From Gemmatimonadales bacterium (GTDB lineage: Bacteria > Gemmatimonadota > Gemmatimonadetes > Gemmatimonadales > GWC2-71-9), in assembly GCA_041577295.1 (NCBI GenBank), contig JBFGJG010000004.1:32001-96000 (forward strand): a DNA stretch of 64,000 nt, read 5' to 3'. The position numbers were made by a program, and so were the translations under genes. The number at the start of each line of letters is the position of its first letter. Position 1 is the first letter of the stretch. The notes below the pieces were generated by a model. The model had not been told where the DNA came from. It did no database searches and was given only the letters and a program-made list of their open reading frames with translations. This document shows, piece after piece, positions 56,503 through 64,000 of the stretch.

Positions 56503-58932
56503 ATGCCTGACCAGCCGTCGCGATCGCCAGAGTCGAATTGGGCCGACCCACTCGAGCACCCGGAGCGTATAGGGCCGTACCGCATACTCCAACTGCTGGG
56601 TGAGGGAGGGATGGGGATCGTGTATGAGGCGGAGCAGCTCGAGCCCGTCGTTCGCCGTGTGGCTCTCAAAGTGATGAAGCCCGGGCTCGACACCAAACAG
56701 GTGCTGGCGCGATTCGAAGCGGAGCGACAGGCCCTGGCCGTAATGGATCACCCCTACATCGCAAAGGTCCTCGACGCGGGTGTGACCGAAGCGGGACGTC
56801 CCTACTTCGTGATGGAGCTTGTGAAGGGCATCCCGCTCAACGACTACTGCGATTCGTTCAAGCTTTCGATGCGTGCCCGTCTCGAACTGTTCATCGAGAT
56901 CTGCCGCGCGGTGCAGCACGCCCATCAAAAAGGGGTCATTCACCGGGATCTCAAGCCCTCCAATATCCTAGTTGCTGAACGTGACGACCGGCCGGTGCCG
57001 AGGATCATCGACTTTGGCGTGGCGAAGGCGATCTCGCAGCCGCTGACTGAGCGGACGCTGGTCACCGAGTTTGGGCGGGCCATCGGCACTCCGGCGTACA
57101 TGAGTCCCGAACAGGCCGGCATGTCGGGCCTCGACATCGATACGCGGACTGACATCTACTCATTGGGTGTGCTCTTGTATGAGTTGCTGGTGGGCTCTCT
57201 CCCAGTGGAACCGCACGAGGTGGGAGGGATGCCAGAGTTCTTCGCGCAGCTCGTGATGCGCGAGACGGATCCACCAACGCCGAGTGCCCGCTTCACCAGC
57301 CTCGCCGGGCAGCGGAAGGCCGTCGCGGAGTTTCGCCACACCGATCCCAAGTCACTCGCTCGCGAGCTGAAGGGCGATCTCGACTGGATCGTCATGAAGG
57401 CGATGGAAAAGGAGCGCTCTCGTCGGTACGACACGGCCAACGGGCTCGCGATGGACGTGGAGCGGCATCTCCACGAGGAGCCTGTCCTGGCTCGCCCACC
57501 CAGTGCGGCCTATCGCCTGTCGAAGTTCGTGGTACGTAACCGCCCCGCCGTGATCGCAGCCACGGTTGTCGCCGTAGCTGTGATCGGCGGTGCGATTACC
57601 GCGACCGTCGGGATGGTTCGCGCCAGCAGAGCGGAAGCCGCGACGGCACGGGAGGCCGAGGCCCTCCGCCAGGTGTCGGACTTTCTCGTGGGGTTGTTCC
57701 AGGTGAACGATCCGAGTGAAGCTCGTGGGAACTCGGTGACCGCGCGGGAGCTGCTCGACAGGGCGACCGAGCGCATCGAGGTGGAATTGGCCCAGCAACC
57801 TCAAGTGCAAGCCCAGCTCATGCTCACCATGGGTGAGGCGTACCAGAGTCTCGGGTTGTATGACCAGGCGGCTCCGATGCTCGAACGGGGGGTGGCGGTG
57901 CGAGAGACGCTTCATGGCGGCGATCATATCGCGGTGGGCCAGGGGTTATTCAAACTGGCTGAGCTCTTTCGTAAGCAAGGAAAGTACGTTGAGGCCGAGC
58001 AACTGTATGAGCGGGCCGCCACCATTCAGGAAGCACGTGAGGGACCCACCTCCCCGGCGCTCGCTGCCACGCTCACCGGTCTCGGCAACGCCCATGTCTC
58101 GCAAGGAAAATTCGATCAGGCGGAGCCGCTACTCGAACGAGGGCTGAGAATCCGCGAGGCCGCGCACGTCCCAAACCAGCTGGAGGTCGCGCAGAGCTAC
58201 GGCGCCTTGGGGAGCCTGTACACTCGGCAGGGGCGCTACGCTGAAGCAGATTCCATGTTCACGCGCGTGCTGGCGACTCGGGAGAAAAAGTTCGGTCACG
58301 ATCATCCGGACGTCGCACAGACGCTCAGCGATCTCGGTGGCGTTCGTTGGTTGCAAGGCAACCTCGACGACGCCGATCACTACTTTCGACGTTCCCTCGA
58401 TACTCGGGTACGGATGCTCGGACCCGACCACCCACAGCTAGGGTCAATCCTCAACAACTTGGGGGTTCTGGCATGGACGCGTGGCGACTATCGAGAAGCT
58501 GCATCCCTGTACAGGCGAGCTCTCGACATCTATGAAAAGACACTTGGTGCCAATCATCCTCGGGTGGCCGGCGCGCTCAACAACATTGCCGAGACCCATT
58601 GGAAACTCGAGAACTACGTGGAAGGAGAACGTCTCTTCCGGCGCGCCCTGACCATTAAGGAGCGCGTGCTCGAGCCTGCACACCCATCGATCGCCGTCAC
58701 CCTCAACGGTCTTGCCAACCTCTATCGGGACCAACGACGCTATCGCGATGCCGAACCGCTTTACCGGCGAGCACTCTCAATTCGTGAAAAGGCTCTTGGC
58801 GAGACCGACCCGGCCGTCCTAGAGACGTTGACCGATTATGCTGCCATGCTCAGGGGCGCAGGTCGCGCCGCTGAGGCTATCCCGCTCGAAGCACGCGCGG
58901 ACTCGATCAAGGCAACGCGAGCGGCCGGATAA
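56503..58932 (+). CDS. Ser/Thr protein kinase with TM segment and 42-aa TPR repeats
   Basis: GEGGMG, HRDLKPSN, DFG, GTPAYMSPEQ; repeated HPxxAxxLNNL. Confidence 0.93.
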   Translation: MPDQPSRSPESNWADPLEHPERIGPYRILQLLGEGGMGIVYEAEQLEPVVRRVALKVMKPGLDTKQVLARFEAERQALAVMDHPYIAKVLDAGVTEAGRPYFVMELVKGIPLNDYCDSFKLSMRARLELFIEICRAVQHAHQKGVIHRDLKPSNILVAERDDRPVPRIIDFGVAKAISQPLTERTLVTEFGRAIGTPAYMSPEQAGMSGLDIDTRTDIYSLGVLLYELLVGSLPVEPHEVGGMPEFFAQLVMRETDPPTPSARFTSLAGQRKAVAEFRHTDPKSLARELKGDLDWIVMKAMEKERSRRYDTANGLAMDVERHLHEEPVLARPPSAAYRLSKFVVRNRPAVIAATVVAVAVIGGAITATVGMVRASRAEAATAREAEALRQVSDFLVGLFQVNDPSEARGNSVTARELLDRATERIEVELAQQPQVQAQLMLTMGEAYQSLGLYDQAAPMLERGVAVRETLHGGDHIAVGQGLFKLAELFRKQGKYVEAEQLYERAATIQEAREGPTSPALAATLTGLGNAHVSQGKFDQAEPLLERGLRIREAAHVPNQLEVAQSYGALGSLYTRQGRYAEADSMFTRVLATREKKFGHDHPDVAQTLSDLGGVRWLQGNLDDADHYFRRSLDTRVRMLGPDHPQLGSILNNLGVLAWTRGDYREAASLYRRALDIYEKTLGANHPRVAGALNNIAETHWKLENYVEGERLFRRALTIKERVLEPAHPSIAVTLNGLANLYRDQRRYRDAEPLYRRALSIREKALGETDPAVLETLTDYAAMLRGAGRAAEAIPLEARADSIKATRAAG

Positions 58933-58985
58933 GGGTACGAGCGGCGAGTTCCTCCATTCCTGCGTCCGTCCATCCTCCACCCATC

Positions 58986-59459
58986 CTACTCACAGATATA
59001 ACACACACCCGTGCCATCCACTGTCTGTGGTACATCCCGTTCCGCGTTCACGATGCAGAGGAATCCAAAGGGCTCGGCTGCGTCGGCGGGGTTACGGAAT
59101 TGGTGCGGATCGTTGGGGGCAACGTAGACGACGTCACCGAACCCAACCCTGTAAATGTAGCAGCCAAACTGCGCTTCGCCACGCCCCCGGATCGGTATGA
59201 CGACGTGTTCGTGCTCATGTCGCTCGAGGGTGCTGTAGCCGCCTGGGGCGATCTCGAAGTAACGGACATGAAACCGCTGGGACTCGCCTCGCGTCCCGGA
59301 CAGCTCGCGGCGGGTGATGCCACGCCACGTGTCAGTGGTTGCCTTGTAGGGTTCGAGCAGAACGTCGTGCCAGTTGAAGTTCCCCTGATGCCGGATCACC
59401 TTGCTGTGGTTGCCCACCAGCGGCGGATGTGGGGGGAGCTTCTTGCTCGGTGCGGTCAT
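58986..59459 (-). CDS. Cupin domain protein
   Basis: RYFEIAPGGYSTLERHEHEH, PHQFRN, FGFLCIV. Likely start ATG 59459. Confidence 0.85.
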   Translation of the reverse strand: MTAPSKKLPPHPPLVGNHSKVIRHQGNFNWHDVLLEPYKATTDTWRGITRRELSGTRGESQRFHVRYFEIAPGGYSTLERHEHEHVVIPIRGRGEAQFGCYIYRVGFGDVVYVAPNDPHQFRNPADAAEPFGFLCIVNAERDVPQTVDGTGVCYICE

Positions 59460-59597
59460 GGGTCCTCTGTTCGTAAATCGTCGCAGATTGAGAAAAGGTA
59501 ACACATGCTCCACTGTGAGGGACCCGTGTACGATGCCTATCCTCGGGCGAGTCAGACGAATAGCTTTGTGAAGACTCCAGTATCGGAGCGCTAGGAA

Positions 59598-59879
59598 TTG
59601 TCGGACGACAAACCTCGGTTGGGTCCTTTCTTGCGGCATTATGGCCAGCAGGAGAAGAAAAGCGTCCGCGAACGTCTGACCGAGCTTGCCATCGGCGCCG
59701 GTGGCGCTATTGGGTTCCTCGTGGTGCTCGCTGGTGTCCTGTGGAGCTTCTTCAAGTTTCCAGTCCCGACCTTCATTGGTCTCGTCATTGTGTGGGGCGT
59801 GGGTTTCCTCGTACTCACCGTCAAACGACAACGCGCGAGGGCCCGGGAGCGGGCGCTCCGGGAGTCACAGCTGAAATGA
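59598..59879 (+). CDS. Small hypothetical membrane protein
   Basis: Two hydrophobic helices; AGGA RBS before TTG. Confidence 0.55.
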   Translation: MSDDKPRLGPFLRHYGQQEKKSVRERLTELAIGAGGAIGFLVVLAGVLWSFFKFPVPTFIGLVIVWGVGFLVLTVKRQRARARERALRESQLK

Positions 59880-59910
59880 TGGACACATCCCCTCTATCCC
59901 TTCTGTAGTT

Positions 59911-60828
59911 ATGACTCAATCCCTCGAGCAGCTTCAGGACGCGCTGCCGTCCACGTACAAGGTCATCCGCGACCTCGGCCAAGGCAGCTTCGCCAGCGGC
60001 TATGAGGTGGACGACCTGGCAGGTGGCACCAGAGCCGTGCTCAAGGTGCTCCGGCCTGGCATTGCCAAGGCGGTCGATCCGGAACGTTTTATCGAGGCTA
60101 TTCGATCAGCGGCTGCACTGCAGCATCCCAACATTCTGGCGGTGTATGACGCCGGACAGGCGGGAGAATACCTCTACTTCGTCAGGCCGTTTGCGCAGGG
60201 GGAGTCACTGCGGGACCGGCTCGACCTCGAGGAGCAACTTCCGCTCGAAGAATCGCTTCAGATTGCCCGCGAAGTGGCCGATTCAATGGGGTTCGCTCAC
60301 GCCCACGACGTCGTGCACGGTGACATTCGCCCGGAGAACATTTTGCTGCGGGATGGTCATGCGGTGGTGAGCGACTTTGGCGTGGAGAAGGCCGTGCTCC
60401 AGGCGGCCGAAGAGAACCTCGCGTCTCTGTCTACGGTAGTGGACACGTCGTCCTATATGAGCCCGGAGCGGCTTGAGGGACATCGCACGCTTGACGTGCG
60501 CAGCGACGTGTATTCGCTCGGGTGCGTCCTGTACGAGATGCTCACTGGCCATCCGCCTGCCAAGGCAGGGCCCGGTGAAGAAAACTTGGCAGCACTTCGC
60601 TCAGACGTTCCGGCGGATATTGTCGAGGCACTCAATCGCGCGCTCTCCCCCCAGCCCGACCAGAGGTTCCCGACCGCTGGGCAGTTCTGTGACGCGCTCC
60701 GCGTGGCTCGCCTTTCGACGGGCAAGTACGCCCTCCTCGAGCCGACCAGTCGGTTCAGCCCCAAAATGGCTGGGACGCTGATCCTAGTGGTCGTGATCGC
60801 CATCATCGCACTCTTCATGTGGTTGTGA
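59911..60828 (+). CDS. Ser/Thr protein kinase (divergent motifs) with C-terminal membrane anchor
   Basis: GQGSFA, VLK, HGDIRPEN, DFG, YMSPE, DVYSLG. Confidence 0.85.
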   Translation: MTQSLEQLQDALPSTYKVIRDLGQGSFASGYEVDDLAGGTRAVLKVLRPGIAKAVDPERFIEAIRSAAALQHPNILAVYDAGQAGEYLYFVRPFAQGESLRDRLDLEEQLPLEESLQIAREVADSMGFAHAHDVVHGDIRPENILLRDGHAVVSDFGVEKAVLQAAEENLASLSTVVDTSSYMSPERLEGHRTLDVRSDVYSLGCVLYEMLTGHPPAKAGPGEENLAALRSDVPADIVEALNRALSPQPDQRFPTAGQFCDALRVARLSTGKYALLEPTSRFSPKMAGTLILVVVIAIIALFMWL

Positions 60829-60873
60829 GGGCATTGCGTCGTGTGGACAGCTAGCAACTGCGGGACACCACTT

Positions 60874-62454
60874 ATGCTTCTGCTCCTGTTGCTGGCTTGG
60901 AACGTCGGCTGTGCCGGGCGAGATTCGTCGGTCGCTTCCTATGATCTTGTGATTACAAACGGCCTGATCATTGACGGAACCGGATCACCAGGGTATCGCG
61001 CTGACGTGGCACTGTCGGGAGACCGAGTCGTCCGGGTTGCGACGGACGGCATTCCCATCTCGCAAGCAAATGAAGTCATCGACGCAACGGGTCTGATTGT
61101 CGCCCCCGGCTTCATCGATAACCACGCGCATATTCAGACGACGATTCACGAGCACCCCTTGGCGGAAAACTTCATGCGTCAGGGCCTCACCACCATCCTG
61201 GCCACGCTGCACAGCGGTGATCAGCCGTGGCCGCTCGCCGAGTATATAGCCTCGCTCCGCGTTGCCCCGAACGTGGGTTTCTTTGCTGGCCATACGTGGA
61301 CACGGAAGCAAGTATTGGGCTTGGAAAATCGTGCGCCTACGGCGGACGAGCTGGAGGAGATGAAATCGCTTGTAGACCGGAGTATGCGGGAGGGTGCACT
61401 TGGATTCTCCACAGGCCTCCTCTACGTGCCGGCGAACTACGCGGCGACGGAGGAGATCGTCGCGCTTGCCAAGGTTGCCGCGCAGCATGGAGGGATCTAC
61501 GTCTCCCACATGCGGAACGAAGGCACTGGGCTAATCGAGTCCGTCGCCGAGGTGATCCGGATCGCCCACGAAGCCGGCATCCCGGCACAGATCAACCACC
61601 ATAAGGCAGTCGGGGTGAATCAGTGGGGTTGGTCGGCCCGCACGCTGGCCATGATCGACTCGGCGAACGCCGCGGGGTTGGACGTGAAGCACGACCTCTA
61701 TCCCTACACCGCGTCGAGCACTGGGTCGAGCATTCTCTTTCCGCAGTGGGCCCTCGCGGGCGGACGTGATTCGCTCGCAGCGCGGCTCGGCGACCCAGCA
61801 ACCCGCACGCGCATCGAAATGGAGATGCGCGCGATCATGGAGCAGGAGAGGGCGGGGGAGGACCTTGCGCGCATACAATTTCGCGTAGTGCCGTCAGACC
61901 AGCGTTACAATGGAAAAACCTTGGCGGATCTAGCACGCGATCGCGGACTGCCCAACTCCGTTGCAAGTGGGATTCAGCTGGTGATCGAGTTACAGCTCGC
62001 GGGTGGGTTCAGCGCGATTTATCACAGTATGGATGAAGGGGACGTGATTCGCATCATGCAGCACCCGCTTGCTATGATCGAGACCGACGGTGACCCCATT
62101 GGCTATGGGATGGGATTTCCGCATCCGCGGAGCTATGGTGCGTTCGCTCGCGTCTTGGCCCGATACGTGCGCGAGCTGGAGGTGATCACGCTCGAAGAAG
62201 CCATCAAAAAGATGACGTCGATGCCGGCGGATCAGTTCGGGCAGCACGAACGCGGACGAATCCAAGCAGGGGCCTACGCCGATCTTACGATCTTCGATCC
62301 AGCCACCATACAGGACGAAGCAACCTTCAGCGATCCCCATCAGTATGCGGTGGGCGTACACCATTTGGTGGTCAACGGCGTGCCGGTGATTCGCGGCGGG
62401 GCCTTCACCGGGGAAAGACCGGGCCGCGTGCTCACAGGGCCGGCTCGACGGTAA
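60874..62454 (+). CDS. N-acyl-D-amino-acid deacylase (D-aminoacylase), probable lipoprotein
   Basis: VGC lipobox-like, PGFIDNHAH, GFSTGLLY, SHMRNE, YPYTASST, HPRSYG. Confidence 0.9.
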   Translation: MLLLLLLAWNVGCAGRDSSVASYDLVITNGLIIDGTGSPGYRADVALSGDRVVRVATDGIPISQANEVIDATGLIVAPGFIDNHAHIQTTIHEHPLAENFMRQGLTTILATLHSGDQPWPLAEYIASLRVAPNVGFFAGHTWTRKQVLGLENRAPTADELEEMKSLVDRSMREGALGFSTGLLYVPANYAATEEIVALAKVAAQHGGIYVSHMRNEGTGLIESVAEVIRIAHEAGIPAQINHHKAVGVNQWGWSARTLAMIDSANAAGLDVKHDLYPYTASSTGSSILFPQWALAGGRDSLAARLGDPATRTRIEMEMRAIMEQERAGEDLARIQFRVVPSDQRYNGKTLADLARDRGLPNSVASGIQLVIELQLAGGFSAIYHSMDEGDVIRIMQHPLAMIETDGDPIGYGMGFPHPRSYGAFARVLARYVRELEVITLEEAIKKMTSMPADQFGQHERGRIQAGAYADLTIFDPATIQDEATFSDPHQYAVGVHHLVVNGVPVIRGGAFTGERPGRVLTGPARR

Positions 62455-64000
62455 CCCCTCCATTGGGGCGCTGATAAACGATACGCCCGTTCAACACGGT
62501 CAACTGGCACTCCATCTCTTTGATCTGATCGGCCGTGCCGGAATACAAGTCTAGATCCCACACCGCGATGTCCGCGTACTTGCCGACCTCGAGTGATCCA
62601 ATACGGTCCTCGAGAAACATCTGATGCGCGCTCCATATGGTAAATGAGCGGAGGGCCGTTCGGATGTCTATGGCTTCGTCCATGCTATACGGGTCTTTTC
62701 CGTACACCCCCAGCAGCGGTTCGCGCGCGAGCGATGCCCACAGTCCGTATCGCGCAGGGAACGGGGTCACATTGTAGTCCGACCCGGTGGCCCAGCGGAT
62801 GCCGCGATCCCGATATGTCCGAAACGGGTTGAGCCGCTTGGCGCGGACAGCTCCAAAGTTCCCAGCGTAGGTATCCCCAATCCACCACATGAAGGTGGCC
62901 GAGGGTTCGGGATACCCCGCGTCGTATTCCTGCTGGAGACTGGCCATGACGTCGAGCGCGTGATTTGTGGGGATGTTGGCGTGAATGATCCCGTGTCGTA
63001 ATCCTGCAACCGGATTCTCGTCCAGCACCATCTGATAGCTGTCCACGACCCAGTCGATGGCGCGATCGCCGATCGAGTGAACGCTCACGTGCAGCCCGGC
63101 ATCGTGGAAGAGCTCGATGCGCTCGCGAATACCCTCTGGCGGCACGACGGGATAACCGACGTTACCCTCGTCCACGCCTTCAAAGTCCTTGTTCCATTGG
63201 TCGTACACCCACGCCGTCCGTGCCCCGCCGCTGCCGTCGATGTACATCTTGATGCCACCGGATATGAGACGATCGTCCCCCGTGCTGATATGTGGTTTGG
63301 TAAACGGTCCGATGCGTTCCAAGAGCTCGCGCGCGTTCTCCGTGGTCGTGCCGGCCTGCCATAGCGCAAACACACGAACGGTCAAGCCGCCATCGGCCAA
63401 CACTTGCTGATAGGCATCCCATTCGGCGAATCCAATGCCCGGATCCTTGAGGCCCGTCATACCCTCTTCGTTGAACGCCTTTGCGAGCTCACGAATGCCC
63501 TCTCGCACCTGCTCGGCACTGTGGTCGGGTATGAGCCCGGTCACGAGCTGTTGTGCGCTCTCCTTCAAGACTCCGGTGGGCCTGCCGTCTGGATCGCGAT
63601 CGATGGTGCCGCCGGGAGGGTCCGGCGTGTTGCGATCGATGCCCGCCAAGCGCAGCGCGAGGCTGTTGGCAACTCCGTAATGCCCCATCGTGTGGGTCAG
63701 CCACACCGGATTCCGCGGTGCCACGGAATCGAGATCGGCGGCGTAGATGTATCGGCGCTCCTCGAGTTTCCCTTCATCCCATCCGCGGCCCCGCACCCAT
63801 CCTCCGGTCCCGAGACGCTCGAGCTGTGTCGCGACCGCCGCTACCACATCGCCAATGCTTCGCACCGTCGGATAGCTCAGGTCCAGAACATACAGCCGGG
63901 TGGCGCCTCCCCACGCGAAGTGCGCGTGCGCATCCAGTAGACCGGGCGTGGCTGTGAGGCCGTTGAGATCGAGGCGATCGGTTTGCGGTCCGGCGAGGCG
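62432..64000 (-). CDS. Amidohydrolase_3 (YtcJ-like), 5' end beyond the window
   Basis: The frame stays open to the edge (DLNGLTATPGLLDAHAH); GRGW, GHYGVANS, KMYIDG, HSIGDRA, GSD, GKYAD. Confidence 0.9.
   Translation of the reverse strand, partial: RLAGPQTDRLDLNGLTATPGLLDAHAHFAWGGATRLYVLDLSYPTVRSIGDVVAAVATQLERLGTGGWVRGRGWDEGKLEERRYIYAADLDSVAPRNPVWLTHTMGHYGVANSLALRLAGIDRNTPDPPGGTIDRDPDGRPTGVLKESAQQLVTGLIPDHSAEQVREGIRELAKAFNEEGMTGLKDPGIGFAEWDAYQQVLADGGLTVRVFALWQAGTTTENARELLERIGPFTKPHISTGDDRLISGGIKMYIDGSGGARTAWVYDQWNKDFEGVDEGNVGYPVVPPEGIRERIELFHDAGLHVSVHSIGDRAIDWVVDSYQMVLDENPVAGLRHGIIHANIPTNHALDVMASLQQEYDAGYPEPSATFMWWIGDTYAGNFGAVRAKRLNPFRTYRDRGIRWATGSDYNVTPFPARYGLWASLAREPLLGVYGKDPYSMDEAIDIRTALRSFTIWSAHQMFLEDRIGSLEVGKYADIAVWDLDLYSGTADQIKEMECQLTVLNGRIVYQRPNGGVTVEPAL

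Noticed and set aside
57800..58900. Periodic sequence that could suggest a DNA repeat array or CRISPR
   Set aside because: Explained by protein-level 42-aa TPR repeats; no identical repeats with spacers.

Overview
A GC-rich, densely coding bacterial window. Its gene content (three Hanks-type Ser/Thr kinases, exported amidohydrolases, a VPS10/BNR hydrolase, a TonB-plug-like protein) suggests Gemmatimonadota, but that is an inference. I found no rRNA, tRNA, CRISPR array or transposase. Main content, in order: an operon of CheR-like methyltransferase, Glu/Leu/Phe/Val dehydrogenase, APH-AAA kinase and archaeal-type SAM synthetase; rsgA with a candidate leader-peptide attenuator; an ABATE/CGNR regulator locus with three 28-bp TAAC-N20-GTTA boxes; DDAH plus an APC permease; an ECF sigma/anti-sigma pair facing a large M48 protease; argR-argG-argH-rocD with ARG boxes. 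The most interesting parts follow. (1) A molybdenum-hydroxylase cluster (S-L-G-M) with NCS1, cyclase and amidase, flanked by an NCS2 permease and a malonyl-CoA-synthetase-like gene, which could be an oxidative pyrimidine pathway using non-canonical hydrolases. (2) An oxaloacetate-hydrolase-like enzyme + adenylation enzyme + ACP + GNAT cassette, a candidate oxalyl-transfer system. (3) An AhpD-like gene with an in-frame TGA in a CxxU motif and a SECIS-like hairpin. (4) An unannotated 23-aa coupled peptide. All product calls come from motif recognition by eye, not database searches.
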